A stretch of 64,000 nucleotides of DNA from an uncultured Alphaproteobacteria bacterium (GCA_963784805.1 CAWASR010000030.1:9052-73051); one strand, 5' to 3'. Shown: positions 26,171 to 36,126, counted from the first letter of the stretch. Notes: a model not told the origin generated them from the letters alone. Numbers and translations: made by a program.

Positions 26171-26800
26171 TCAGAGCGCCTGCTGCACCGCGCGCGCAAT
26201 CGTCCCGAGACGCCGTTCGATCAGCGCCGGCGTGTCGCAAACGTAACCGACCGTCCGCTGCTGATCGTCGAATACGCGAATGTCCCACTCCAATCGTTTG
26301 AAGCTGTCATCCGCGGGTTGAGCCTGGCCGCTGGTGTTCTGGTCGGCGGCCTTTTGAACCGCGTCGTTCTCCGCGCGAATGCGCTCGGCCATCTCATGCT
26401 GCTTGCGGCCGAACCGATCGAGCCCCTCGATAATCTCCGAGCGCTGCCGCGTGAGGTCCTGAAACGCGGCGCCGAACGCGCGCAGCAGTTTCGCGTCCGC
26501 GTCGCCGCCGGACTTCGCCTTGAATTCCACGATCGACTTTTCCACCTCCTCGATCGGAACGCGTCGCTGAGACATTTTGGTCGCCAGATCGGCGACATCC
26601 GGATCCTCCCGCCAACTCTGGTCGTTCAGATCGATGGCGGGACCGGCCCAGATGGAAGCGAGAGAAAACGCCGACGTCTTGACTTGCGGGCACGGCCAAT
26701 CCGGGTCGATCTTGGGGCGTCCCTGGCCGAAGGCTTGCGGCGGCGCCACTGCGAAAATCGTGATCGCGACGGCGACGCGGAACGCGGCGGACATGAGCAT
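26171..26800 (-). CDS. Secreted hypothetical protein (209 aa)
   Basis: Start at ATG 26800 gives the signal peptide MLMSAAFRVAVAITIFAVAPPQAFG. The central part looks helical or coiled-coil. No family recognised. Confidence 0.55.
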   Translation of the reverse strand: MLMSAAFRVAVAITIFAVAPPQAFGQGRPKIDPDWPCPQVKTSAFSLASIWAGPAIDLNDQSWREDPDVADLATKMSQRRVPIEEVEKSIVEFKAKSGGDADAKLLRAFGAAFQDLTRQRSEIIEGLDRFGRKQHEMAERIRAENDAVQKAADQNTSGQAQPADDSFKRLEWDIRVFDDQQRTVGYVCDTPALIERRLGTIARAVQQAL

Positions 26801-26938
26801 TTTCCTTCCATGTCGAGCATAGGGTCGCGCGCGCTTCAATTCAAGCGTCACCCGCAATCGTTTAGCGACGCGCGGGTTGGAAACGCCCGTGTCAATGCGC
26901 GCGAGCGGCGCCGATCCAGAACCGGCCCGAGCGACCGG

Positions 26939-27829
26939 TCAGGCGAATGTGCGCGCGACTTCGAACGCCTGGCGGAAGTCGAGCCTCAAAGGCGTCGCGC
27001 TCTCGGCCATCTGCTTGAACAGAGCCAACTCCGTTCGATATTTCACATTGCCGATCGCGAACGCGCCAATCCCCACCGCGCCGTGTCCGCCGAGCGGCGC
27101 CGCATTCGCACGCGAATCCAGTCCCTCGATGCCGGGCGGCGGGACTGCGTTGACGTCCGCCGCCGCCAGCAGATTGGCGGCGGCCTCGATTTGATTGGCG
27201 TCGAGCACCCGCACGCCGGCCCGCCCCGCGCAAAGAATGACCTCGGTTGAAGCGACGATCGCCGCCTTCTGTTCGGGCGTCGATCCGTCGGCGACAGAGA
27301 CATCGACGCCAAAGCGGCGCTTGACCTCGGCCATGTGGCGAGTGACCCGAGCTGTCCCATCATGACCGACCAACGTGACCTTGGCGCCTTCCAGCGCTCC
27401 GATCACTCCCGAGGCGGTTCCAACGACGCCGGTCGCGCCGAATATGGAAATCGACAATCCCGCGAGCGTCCGGCCAGCTTTCTCCCGCAGCGTCTTTTCG
27501 ATCACCGCGATCATCGCCGCGGCGGTGGTGAACGATCCCGCCGGATCGGCGAACAAAGATATCTCGAACGGCTTGAACAGCGCCTTCGCCGCGGCGTCGA
27601 GCATGTCGAGCGCCAGAAACGCGTCTTTCCCGGCGATGAAAACGCCGGTCCGCGCCGCGTCGCGCGGAGAACGCGAGAACATCGCGTCCTGAATCAGGCC
27701 GGAAACTTCGTTCAATCCGACATTCGCGTAAGGAACTGTCGCGTCATAGCCGGCGTCGATCGCCATATTGATGTCGAAGGGGCTCATGTGCGCGAGCGGC
27801 GTCAGCATGTGCAATATGTTCTTGGCCAC
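26939..27829 (-). CDS. mtdB: NAD(P)-dependent methylene-tetrahydromethanopterin dehydrogenase
   Basis: AGGAGG RBS 5 nt before GTG 27829. VAKNILHMLTPLAHMSPFDINMAIDAGYD...FADPAGSFTTAAAM... closely follows the MtdB sequence of Methylobacterium (from memory). 296 aa. Confidence 0.92.
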   Translation of the reverse strand: MAKNILHMLTPLAHMSPFDINMAIDAGYDATVPYANVGLNEVSGLIQDAMFSRSPRDAARTGVFIAGKDAFLALDMLDAAAKALFKPFEISLFADPAGSFTTAAAMIAVIEKTLREKAGRTLAGLSISIFGATGVVGTASGVIGALEGAKVTLVGHDGTARVTRHMAEVKRRFGVDVSVADGSTPEQKAAIVASTEVILCAGRAGVRVLDANQIEAAANLLAAADVNAVPPPGIEGLDSRANAAPLGGHGAVGIGAFAIGNVKYRTELALFKQMAESATPLRLDFRQAFEVARTFA

Positions 27830-27855
27830 GTCTTCCTCCTGGTTTCTCGTTGATC

Positions 27856-28836
27856 CTAAGCTTCGTCGTCCTCGCGGATTTCTGCGCCGTGGTCGACCGA
27901 CTTGCACACCTTGATCTCGACCGCGGTCCCCGCCTCCGCGCGAACCCGCCGGGCGAGGAATTCGGCTTCGTCGGAATCGCGCGCGAAAGCAAAACCGGTC
28001 GGACCCCACGAGCTCTGGCCAACGCCGTGCGCGCCCTCCGACTTGAGCCGCTCGACAACTCCGCCGACGGCGGCGCTGCTAAATCGGCCGCCGCCTTGAG
28101 CGGGCGCAAAATGATCGCCAAGGATTGTCTGTATCGACGCCACGCCCTCGCCGAAGGCGGCGAGATTCCCTTCGGCGACCGCGGGAAGCACCTGCATCAG
28201 GGTGCGGCGGCAGATCTCCGCGGCGGAATGGGCGGGGAACGCGCGAAGGGCGGCGAAGGCCCGTCCTTCCTGCTCGTCGTGAGCGCCCTCCATGTCGGGG
28301 TCCATGATCAGCAGTATCCGCCAGTGCGAGGGAAAGACCAGACGAGCCACAATCGGAGGAAATCCGGTGTCCGGCCCGCGCCCTGCATCGACGACCAGGC
28401 CGCCGTGCTCGAATAGGGCCGCGCCGACTCCCGAACGCGCGCCGCGATCGAGCATGCGCGCGTCGCCGAACGTGTCGGGAGCAAGTCCGGAGAAACGCCG
28501 AAACGCCGAGGCGATCGCGAGCGCCAGCTGAGTGCCGGACCCCAGCCCCGCATGGGCGGGAATCGCATTTCGAACGGTCAGCGTCTTGGCCGTATCGAGG
28601 CCGAGGTTCTCGGCGACGCGAAGCGCCAGGCGCGCGCTACGCTTGCGCTCGTGACCCACGGCCTGAAGGCTTGGTCCGCGACACAGTTCGACACTGGTTT
28701 CGAAAGCGTCGATTGAAAGTCCGATCGAACCAAACCGTCGACCCAGATCCCCGTTCAGGTCGAGAAATCCAAGGTGCAGCCGCGCCGTCGTGGCAACCCG
28801 AACGCGTTTCACGTCTGCGTCTCGCTCCCCGGCCAT
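27856..28836 (-). CDS. mptG: Beta-ribofuranosylaminobenzene 5'-phosphate (beta-RFAP) synthase, GHMP-kinase fold
   Basis: VATTARLHLGFLDLNGDLGRRFGSIGLSI and the GHMP motif PAHAGLGSGTQLALAIA. Located within the H4MPT island. Confidence 0.8.
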   Translation of the reverse strand: MAGERDADVKRVRVATTARLHLGFLDLNGDLGRRFGSIGLSIDAFETSVELCRGPSLQAVGHERKRSARLALRVAENLGLDTAKTLTVRNAIPAHAGLGSGTQLALAIASAFRRFSGLAPDTFGDARMLDRGARSGVGAALFEHGGLVVDAGRGPDTGFPPIVARLVFPSHWRILLIMDPDMEGAHDEQEGRAFAALRAFPAHSAAEICRRTLMQVLPAVAEGNLAAFGEGVASIQTILGDHFAPAQGGGRFSSAAVGGVVERLKSEGAHGVGQSSWGPTGFAFARDSDEAEFLARRVRAEAGTAVEIKVCKSVDHGAEIREDDEA

Positions 28837-29136
28837 TTGCGCCTAATCGGGGCTTCGTCGGCTCGCTGACCGATCCCCGTTTGGAGGTCTTTGACGAAGC
28901 GGGCCTTTCGTCGGGAGACCGGCGCCCGCTTTTCCGAACTGCTGCTTAAGGCGGTGACGCATAGCACTCGACATTGCGGGACTTTCCATGGTTTGCCAAG
29001 CGAAGGAGGGGTGAAGACAAACGTCAAGCCCGCGGGCGGCTCATGTTCGTTGGCGATTTCGCCAAGATGTGACTTGCCACGGGCGCGACGCCCGTTCAAC
29101 CTCGAGGGCGGGCGTTCCAATCGAGAGCAGAACACA

Positions 29137-29343
29137 ATGATCGAACTGATTTTGACGGTATGCGCGCTCACCACGCCTCAACAATGCCAAGAGACCAGAA
29201 TGCAATTCGTCTCGCAGGGGTCGCTGATGCAGTGCATGATGCAGGCGCCGCCCTACATCGCCGCGTGGTCGGAAAGTCATCCCTCCACGCGGGTCGCGAG
29301 TTGGCGATGCGCCTTTCCCGGCGCCGCGGGCGAGAAGATTTGA
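29137..29343 (+). CDS. Small conserved-looking Cys-rich hypothetical protein (68 aa)
   Basis: MIELILTVCALTTPQQCQETRMQFVSQGSLMQCMMQAPPYIAAWSESHPSTRVASWRCAFP. GAGAG lies upstream. The listed 150-aa ORF has an implausible leader. Confidence 0.5.
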   Translation: MIELILTVCALTTPQQCQETRMQFVSQGSLMQCMMQAPPYIAAWSESHPSTRVASWRCAFPGAAGEKI

Positions 29344-29435
29344 CCGCCGCTTTGGCGCGGTCCGGCGAACGCCGCATACCGGTGTTTTGAGATCGTCCGT
29401 TGCCTGCCTTGCATGATGTCTGTATTTTGGTCCGC

Positions 29436-30236
29436 ATGCGTAGGCGCCTCGCCAGACATTTCATCGGAAGCGCGATCGTGGTCGCGGTCGCGGTCGTGTC
29501 GATTTGCGCCCCGCGCGCCCAGGACATGATGCGCGGACTCGACATGTCTTCGCCCGACATGACCAAGGCGGAAATGACGCGCGCCGAGGTTCAGGCCAAA
29601 CTGGCGGCGGCCGGCGGACGAGGCGCCGATTTCTCCGGGAAGCGTCTTTCCGGTCTCGATCTTTCCGGCCTCGATTTCACTCACGCGGACTTTCGCGCGG
29701 CGCGTCTCAATCACGCCAATCTGGCTCACGCTACCCTCAATGGGGCCAATCTGGACCAGGTCTGGGCGCTCAAGGTCGATCTCACCGGCGCCCATCTCGT
29801 CAAGGCGAGCCTGTTTGGGACGCAGATGGCGGGAGCGAACCTCGAGGGTGCGGATTTTGACGGCGCCCGCGTCACCGCCGACATGACCGGCGCCAACCTG
29901 ACCGGCGCCAGTTTCGTGGATGCGGATTGCAGCGCCGACGAAAAGAACCAGTCGATGGGCCTCATGCACGCCAGCTTCAAGTCCGCCAACCTTACAAGCG
30001 TGGACTTCAAAGGCGCGAATCTCGCGCGGGCGGATCTGCGATTCGCCAAATTCGCCGGCGCCGATCTCACTGGCGCTTCGCTGCGCGAAGCGGACGCCAG
30101 CGGAGCGGATCTCCGCGGCGCCCGGCTCGAGGGCGCTAACGTGACCGGTCTGGACGTCGATTCCGCGCGCATCGACAAGAGCGCGGCGTCCATTCTGGCC
30201 AAGGCGATCCACCTCGACCGGGCTTTTCGCGACTAG
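29436..30236 (+). CDS. Secreted pentapeptide-repeat protein
   Basis: Signal/TM segment MRRRLARHFIGSAIVVAVAVVSICAPRAQD, followed by more than 25 A(D/N)LxG-type pentads (ADFSGKRLSGLDLSGLDFTHADFRAARLNHANLAHATLNGANL...). Confidence 0.85.
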   Translation: MRRRLARHFIGSAIVVAVAVVSICAPRAQDMMRGLDMSSPDMTKAEMTRAEVQAKLAAAGGRGADFSGKRLSGLDLSGLDFTHADFRAARLNHANLAHATLNGANLDQVWALKVDLTGAHLVKASLFGTQMAGANLEGADFDGARVTADMTGANLTGASFVDADCSADEKNQSMGLMHASFKSANLTSVDFKGANLARADLRFAKFAGADLTGASLREADASGADLRGARLEGANVTGLDVDSARIDKSAASILAKAIHLDRAFRD

Positions 30237-30332
30237 ACACCGTGAGAACACGGCATTTTTGTGAAAAGCCGGGATTCGCTCTTCAGAAATCCTGCTCGGC
30301 GCATGCGGTTCGGGGAGAGCGCAGCGACCGAA

Positions 30333-30980
30333 TCACTTGACGATGTCGAGCGCGCGCAACTCCTGGACCAGGAACGCTTCGGCGCGCCTCCAGGCTTCAT
30401 CCGTGTCGCCCCGAAACGTCAGCATCTTGTCGCCGACGAGCCGATCATCGGTAAGATCGACGACTTCCATTTTGCCCCACTGAATGAGGGTGCTCATCTT
30501 CTGCACCTTGCCATAGAGCAGCAGACGCGCCCCCGCCTTTTTGGCGGCCGCGATCAGCGCGGCGGGGGCCATGTTTCCTGCGGTGCAGGGCGGATTGGCG
30601 CAGTCGATCACCACCGGCGCGTATTTTCCGCTCGCCGCGAGGTCCGCGCGCAGCTTGCTCATGAACGCGGCCATGCGCGTTCGATGTTCGGCAGCCTGAT
30701 CGATCGGCTCGCCCGAGGTGTCCCGGTAATCGAAGTCGACGACCGCGATTGGAACGGCCGCGGCCGGCTCCTTATCGCTCGCGCGTTCCTGTTTGACCTC
30801 CGCCGTGCGCTGCGCCGTCGCTCCCGAGGATCCGGAACCAGCGCGTTCGAAGCGAAGGAGCGCGGGCGTTGCGCGAGATTGGCCATCGACGGACGAGGCG
30901 CCGAGGGCGGAGGTTGCGAGCGTCGCCGCCAGAATCGCCGCCAGTATTCGAGGACTTGAGACCGCAATCAAATTCGCCAC
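30333..30980 (-). CDS. Secreted hypothetical protein (possibly DUF3280/DUF2380-like; low certainty)
   Basis: GTG 30980 gives VANLIAVSSPRILAAILAATLATSALG. The body has ...IAVVDFDYRDTSGEP... and a Cys pair, CANPPC. The family assignment is from memory only. Confidence 0.5.
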   Translation of the reverse strand: MANLIAVSSPRILAAILAATLATSALGASSVDGQSRATPALLRFERAGSGSSGATAQRTAEVKQERASDKEPAAAVPIAVVDFDYRDTSGEPIDQAAEHRTRMAAFMSKLRADLAASGKYAPVVIDCANPPCTAGNMAPAALIAAAKKAGARLLLYGKVQKMSTLIQWGKMEVVDLTDDRLVGDKMLTFRGDTDEAWRRAEAFLVQELRALDIVK

Positions 30981-31128
30981 CTTCTTTTCGCCCCCCGCCC
31001 CCGTCTCGACTTCGGGATCCACCAAATAGCGCCCCCTGGTTGCCCTGGCGCAAGAGCCTTCGAACCAAACCATCGGGCTGGCGCGTCGGCGGCGGCGCGG
31101 ACGGTTCGAGGCGCGAGGCCCGAGCCCG

Positions 31129-31941
31129 TTATATGCGCGGCGTCAGTATCTCGCCTTTGCCGAGCGCGGCCAAATCTCCCGCCCAACGATGCAGCGGTCG
31201 ACGAAACAATCTTGCGAGACCTGCGCTGCTTTGCGCGACGTAGTCGGCAATCAGGCGCGCCGCCACGAGCTCATGCTCGCCGCAATCGCCGAATGACGGC
31301 GAAAGCATGGTCGCGCCCTGGCCGAGCAGGATGGTGCCGCGGCCCATCAGATAGCCAGGCAGGTCGCCTGCCTGGCCGCCTATGGCGAGGGTCCCCGCGA
31401 TCATCCGGCTGCCTGCGTAGGCGTCGGCTCGGCCCTCGATCAGGACAAGACCTCGTCGCAGCCGGTCGCCGGCGCGCGAGCTCGCGCTTCCACGAACGTG
31501 CAGAACGCCACCGCTCATGCCGACCGTCTCGCCGCTCAACGGGCCCGCGAGCCGCTCGCCCGCGTCGCCCGTGATCTCCAGCGTTCCGCCCTTCATGCAG
31601 GAGCCCGCATAGGGGCCGGCATTGCCGCGAACCGTCAGCCGGCCGCCCGCCATCAGGCGGCCCGCCTCAACGCCGACATCGCCTTCGACGGTGATTGCGC
31701 CCGCCTCCAGCCCCAGGCCAACACGGTCGAAGCGCTCCGCTCCCCCTTCGATGAGGATCGCCGCAGAGTCGCCATTGCGGATGCGGAACATATCTCCGAC
31801 CACTACCCGCTCGCGGGTCGTTTGCAATTCGATCGCGGCGATTTCCGGCAAACTCTTGCCGGACAGTCGTTGCGGGCTCAGCGGCGAAAGATCGAGCCGC
31901 TGCGGCGGCGCCGCGCGAAGAGTGAAGGTCAACGGTTTCAA
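31129..31941 (-). CDS. fhcC: Formyltransferase/hydrolase complex subunit C (GXGXG-repeat, FwdC-like)
   Basis: A TTG start at 31941 overlaps the fhcD TGA (cTTGA). (M)KPLTFTLRAAPPQRLDLSPL... followed by repeated G.AG....GG.L.V.G motifs. 270 aa. Confidence 0.88.
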   Translation of the reverse strand: MKPLTFTLRAAPPQRLDLSPLSPQRLSGKSLPEIAAIELQTTRERVVVGDMFRIRNGDSAAILIEGGAERFDRVGLGLEAGAITVEGDVGVEAGRLMAGGRLTVRGNAGPYAGSCMKGGTLEITGDAGERLAGPLSGETVGMSGGVLHVRGSASSRAGDRLRRGLVLIEGRADAYAGSRMIAGTLAIGGQAGDLPGYLMGRGTILLGQGATMLSPSFGDCGEHELVAARLIADYVAQSSAGLARLFRRPLHRWAGDLAALGKGEILTPRI

Positions 31942-32850
31942 GACAGCAACTCTTGGAGCCGGTAGTGATGGGGCCCGAGCTTGCCGCCATAATTGCCGGC
32001 GCCGATCCGCATGCGCTCCGCGCTCGGGGCCAAGGTCGACGATGGCGGCGAGCCCGGCGCGCATCGCCTCCGCGACCGCGGCGCTGTTCAATCCGTCGAT
32101 GACGATTTCGAGCACCGACGCGATCTCGGGGCCGAGCTCGCTGTCGAGCGCGCCTTTCAGTGTCGGGCAATAGGCGTCGTTAGTCGAAGCGCTCGCGCCT
32201 TTGTACTTCGATCCGAGCTTGGAGCCGGAGCGGGCGATTCCGCCGGGAAACGGCAAAACGACATCGTTGACCGCGCGCATGGCCGCGACTGCCGCTTCCG
32301 CAGCTGCGAGCGTCTTCGCCCGGCTTGCGCCCATGATGAGCAGATTGCCGCCGCCGACCGCCTTCTTCGTCATGCAGGTCGTTGATTCGCAGACGAACTC
32401 GCCGTCCATTACCGGCACGCGCCAGAAGCGACGAGAGCCGAGCTTCTTGGCGATCTGCCAGCCGTCGCCGAAAAAGCGAATAGCGGAGCCGAGTTTGAGC
32501 GTGTCTTCGCCCGCCTCCAGGCCCGCGTAGCAAGCCGAGCCGGGACTAGTGAGCACGCATTGGCCGACCCAATTCTGCAGCTGCCGCTGCAACTCGGAGG
32601 TCGAGACGGCGAACAGCAGAACACGCACCCCCGGGCGCCCGTCCAGAGTCTCGCGCGGAGACAGAGCCCGGTCGACGCCCGCCTCGCAGCCGCAGGCGAT
32701 GACCGACGTGGCGAAGCCCGTCATCGTCGTCGCCGCCTGCAACGCCCAGCGCGCGCTGGGGGCCGTGATGACGAGGGCGGTCGCGCGCATGGCGAAAGCC
32801 TCGGCAAAGGTGTCGTCGATCGCGACGCCCTTGACGCTCAGGGCAGACAT
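31938..32850 (-). CDS. fhcD: Formylmethanofuran--H4MPT formyltransferase (Ftr homologue), out of frame near its 3' end as sequenced
   Basis: MSALSVKGVAIDDTFAEAFAMRATALVITA...TGFATSVIACGCEAG.... The hallmark tail ERMRIGAGNYGGKLGPHHYRLQELLS* (31938-32018) lies in a different frame from the body. As a result the ORF track shows a 573-aa FhcD-FhcC read-through. 913 nt, which is 1 mod 3. Confidence 0.88.
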
Positions 32851-34472
32851 GCGACGGCCTCGAAAGGATGCTGGCGAGAGATTGCGTGGTCGGGCACGCG
32901 CATGAAGTCGGAAGCCAGCCCGTAGCGCGCATCGTAGTAGCCCGACATGCGCCGCCGCATCGAGGCCTCGACCGGGGGCGAGACCTGCAACGCCCGGCCG
33001 AAGCGGTAGTGCGTGACCCGACCGTCGCGAACGACGAGATCTCCGTCCTTATAGACCCGCGCCGCCGAGCGGTACATCTGCGCCAGGTCCTTGCCGGGAC
33101 GATAGAGCGCGATATCGGCGCGCCCGCCAACGCCCAGGTGCCCCCGGTCGGAAAGACCAAGCAGCTTCGCCGGCGCAGCGCGGGTCATCGTCGCGATTTC
33201 GTAGAGCGTGTATTCGCGCGTCAGCGAAGGCAGAGTCGTCACCGCCACCGCTTCTTCCGGCAGTCGCGACAGCCATTGCGTGCGCAAATCTTTATTCATC
33301 AGCAGCGCGAACAGCTCCGGATAGGTCGTAAACGGGGCGCCGTTCGGATGATCGGTGGTGAAGAATACGCGCCAGGGGTCGTTGACGAGTAGGAACAGCT
33401 CGAGGCCGACAGCGAATTGGACGGCGTTGAAGAAACTGCCCGCCTCATATTTATAGGGCACGACGCCGCCGCCGTTCGAGTCGCCGTCGATGATCGCGTA
33501 TTTCTTTGGACTGGCCTGAGAGCGCGCGGCGAACTGCCGCAGCACGTCGGACGAAATCGTCACGGTCTGCCCGAACATCACCTGCCCGACGTCGATCGTG
33601 ACGTTCCTGGCCGCGTTGACCGCCTCGGCAAGCTGCGGGGCGGCGGAGGAAAAGCCCCGCGGGCCCTCCGCCGCGTAACCATAGAATTGGAGGTGCGCAA
33701 GATGCAGCGGCAGATCCCCGGCGGCCGCGATCGTGGTCAGCGCCGTCTCAAAGTTTCCGGCGAGGCCGAGATTGTTGCAATGGACATGCAGGGGATGCGG
33801 CACGCCGAGTTCATGCACCGCCCGCTGCAGGACACTGACGATTTGGCGGCTCGTGACCCCGTACCAGGGCACGACATCGTCAAAGGAAAAGCTCCGCACA
33901 TTGTCCTTGAACGCGGCGACGCCGCCAGCGTTGATCACCTTGACGCCGAGCGCCCTGGTCGATTGGAGCGTCCAGGCGACGTGGTCGCGGATCGCGGCCG
34001 GTCCTTCGCCTGAACGCATCAGCTCCAGCACGAAATCGTCGTTGCCGAGGATGACGAGGATCGCCTTGTCGATGATCGGAACGTCGGCGAGTTCGAGATG
34101 CGCATGCAGGGCATAGTGCGGCGAGACGGCCGGTTCGACGACCGTCGTAAAGCCCATTTCCGCGTAGAGGCAACCGGTCTCGAAGGTCGACCAGCCCGCG
34201 TTGGAGAGCGGCGTGGCGGAAGGACGGCGCGCGCGCGCGCGATGCTGCTCCGGCAGCAGCAGTCGCGCCGTATTCACGTTGCTCCCCGCGATATGCGAAT
34301 GGATGTCGATCCCGCCGGCCATCACAATGAGGCCTTCGGCGTCGACGATCTCATCTGCCGGCGCGGTTCTTGACGGCGCCACGATGCGGTCATCGAGGAT
34401 CCAAAGATCTCCAATTTCGTCACGCTCGTTGGCCGGATCGACGATTCGGCCGCCCTTGACGCGGATCAGCAT
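32838..34472 (-). CDS. fhcA: Formyltransferase/hydrolase complex subunit A (amidohydrolase, FwdA-like)
   Basis: Start at ATG 34472, MLIRVKGGRIVDP.... Metal site GGIDIHSHI. 544 aa. Overlaps the fhcB stop by 7 nt. Confidence 0.92.
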   Translation of the reverse strand: MLIRVKGGRIVDPANERDEIGDLWILDDRIVAPSRTAPADEIVDAEGLIVMAGGIDIHSHIAGSNVNTARLLLPEQHRARARRPSATPLSNAGWSTFETGCLYAEMGFTTVVEPAVSPHYALHAHLELADVPIIDKAILVILGNDDFVLELMRSGEGPAAIRDHVAWTLQSTRALGVKVINAGGVAAFKDNVRSFSFDDVVPWYGVTSRQIVSVLQRAVHELGVPHPLHVHCNNLGLAGNFETALTTIAAAGDLPLHLAHLQFYGYAAEGPRGFSSAAPQLAEAVNAARNVTIDVGQVMFGQTVTISSDVLRQFAARSQASPKKYAIIDGDSNGGGVVPYKYEAGSFFNAVQFAVGLELFLLVNDPWRVFFTTDHPNGAPFTTYPELFALLMNKDLRTQWLSRLPEEAVAVTTLPSLTREYTLYEIATMTRAAPAKLLGLSDRGHLGVGGRADIALYRPGKDLAQMYRSAARVYKDGDLVVRDGRVTHYRFGRALQVSPPVEASMRRRMSGYYDARYGLASDFMRVPDHAISRQHPFEAVACLP

Positions 34473-35611
34473 GCCGCGGCGCCCGCATCCTGGAGCCGGG
34501 CGGCAATGCTCGCGAGCGCGTGCGCGACGCTTGGCGCCGCGCTGCTCGCCGGCGAGGTCGCGTTTCGGGCGACGAGAGTCCCGGTCTCCTGGCAGTGCAG
34601 AACCGCGTCGTGCTCGATTCCGGGCCGCCCGACCTCGATTCTCACCGTCGGCGATGCGCCCAAGCGCGTCGCCCGATCGCACAGCGCGATTGCCGGCGGT
34701 CGGCCTCGACGTTCCGGCATGGGCGCGCCAAGGGCGGAGATCCATAATATGCAGTCCGTCTCATTCGACGCGACCAGCCGTTCCGCGTCGAATCGCCAGG
34801 GATCGTGCACAGGCGCGCCGGAGCCGAAGCCAGTTCGCATCGGAAAGCCGGTCATCCATCCGCAGACGGCGAGCACGCCCGCGCCATTGTCCGGCGGAGC
34901 AAGCGGCAAGGTGGAGAACCGGGTTGTTTCATTGAGGTCGCGCACCAGCCCGTTGAGCATTTGAATCTCGAGCGCGCCGAGACTCGCAGCCGTCCAGACA
35001 GCAACGCCGAATTTCGCGTTCCTTAGCGCCGCTGCGATCGCGTCGAGCACGGCCGGCTCAAGATCGGCGCGAACCACCGGACGGTTCTTGACCCTTGCGC
35101 GCAACGCCGCGAGATTGGCGGCCAGCCTTGGGCCGAGCCCCGCGCGGACGATCTGAGCGGCGCCATCGAGTTCGAAGATTTTCCCTTCTGTTTCTGGAGC
35201 GAGCCAGATGATGCGTCGCGCGACGTCCGCGCCGTGCGGTCTCGCCGGCGGTTCAAGCAGCCGCTCTTTCAAGGCGGGCCAGGTTTCCAGCAGGCTTGCG
35301 CCAACGAGCAACACCACGTCGGCCCGCACCCGCGCTTCGCCAGGCGTCGTCATCATGACCCCGGTTTCGCGTAGACTATCAAGGTCGCGAAGAAGCGCCG
35401 CCGAATGCATGTGGTCGACGATCCCGCCAACGCGCTCGGCCAGCGCGACCGCCGCCCTCGCCCCTTCAACGTCGACGCCCAAGCCGGCGATCAGCGGTTG
35501 AGCGCTCGCGGCTAGAATATGGGCGGCAGCCGTCGCGGCCTCTTCCAGTGAGACTGGCGCGCCCTCGATCCACGCGATCGCCCTTTCTCCGATTTGCTGC
35601 TTGCGCGCCAC
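34466..35611 (-). CDS. fhcB: Formyltransferase/hydrolase complex subunit B (FwdB-like, no cofactor Cys/Sec visible)
   Basis: ...IAWIEGAPVSLEEAATAAAHILAASAQPLIAGLGVDVEGARAA.... GTG 35611 (GGAG upstream) is preferred; ATG 35689 is also possible. Confidence 0.85.
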   Translation of the reverse strand: MARKQQIGERAIAWIEGAPVSLEEAATAAAHILAASAQPLIAGLGVDVEGARAAVALAERVGGIVDHMHSAALLRDLDSLRETGVMMTTPGEARVRADVVLLVGASLLETWPALKERLLEPPARPHGADVARRIIWLAPETEGKIFELDGAAQIVRAGLGPRLAANLAALRARVKNRPVVRADLEPAVLDAIAAALRNAKFGVAVWTAASLGALEIQMLNGLVRDLNETTRFSTLPLAPPDNGAGVLAVCGWMTGFPMRTGFGSGAPVHDPWRFDAERLVASNETDCILWISALGAPMPERRGRPPAIALCDRATRLGASPTVRIEVGRPGIEHDAVLHCQETGTLVARNATSPASSAAPSVAHALASIAARLQDAGAAAC

Positions 35612-36126
35612 GGGCTCCGCCCCCTCGAAAGCTTGAATCAAGTTCACGAACTTTTCTCTGACTGGGCGACTCCGCTTGGCCAAATGCAACTTGGCCAGGA
35701 TCGCCCGGTCAGCCTGCGTTCGACCCAGCGCGATCTTGGGCGTCCCTTGATCGGCGGCGCGCGAACGTCATTCCACCAGATGAGCCGGCCCTGCGCCGTC
35801 AGCCGACCCAGGTCCTCGCACACGCATATTAGAGCAGATTTTGAACGAATAAATAGCCGCTGCGCGTAGAAGCGCTTATACGGCTCTTCTGGCGGGGACA
35901 GAAGCGGGGAAGGCTAGTTTCGCCAGGTCCAGTTGCGATCATTCGCGGCACGGTTTGCTGGACAGAGGGTTGGCGAGTGGCTTCAGTCGAATTGAGCCGC
36001 GAGAGGGGAGACGTCGGCCGATGGAGACCGTCCTTGCATCATCGACGCCGGCAGCGCAATGCGTCGCGATGCGCCTCCACGCCGCCGCGCTAGGATCAAA
36101 GAAGTTTCCGCCAGGGGCAGCGCGCA

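Noticed and set aside
31129-32850. Taking the 573-aa ORF at face value as a natural FhcD-FhcC fusion protein
   Set aside because: The conserved FhcD C-terminus (GAGNYGGKLG...) and its stop codon are intact in another frame, and that stop overlaps a TTG start for fhcC. A one-base frame error is more parsimonious. A true fusion cannot be excluded without reads.
35947-35958. Sigma54-like GGCACG-N-GC element upstream of the orf5-like gene
   Set aside because: The GG and GC dinucleotides are 2 nt closer together than the canonical TGGCACG-N4-TTGC spacing requires.
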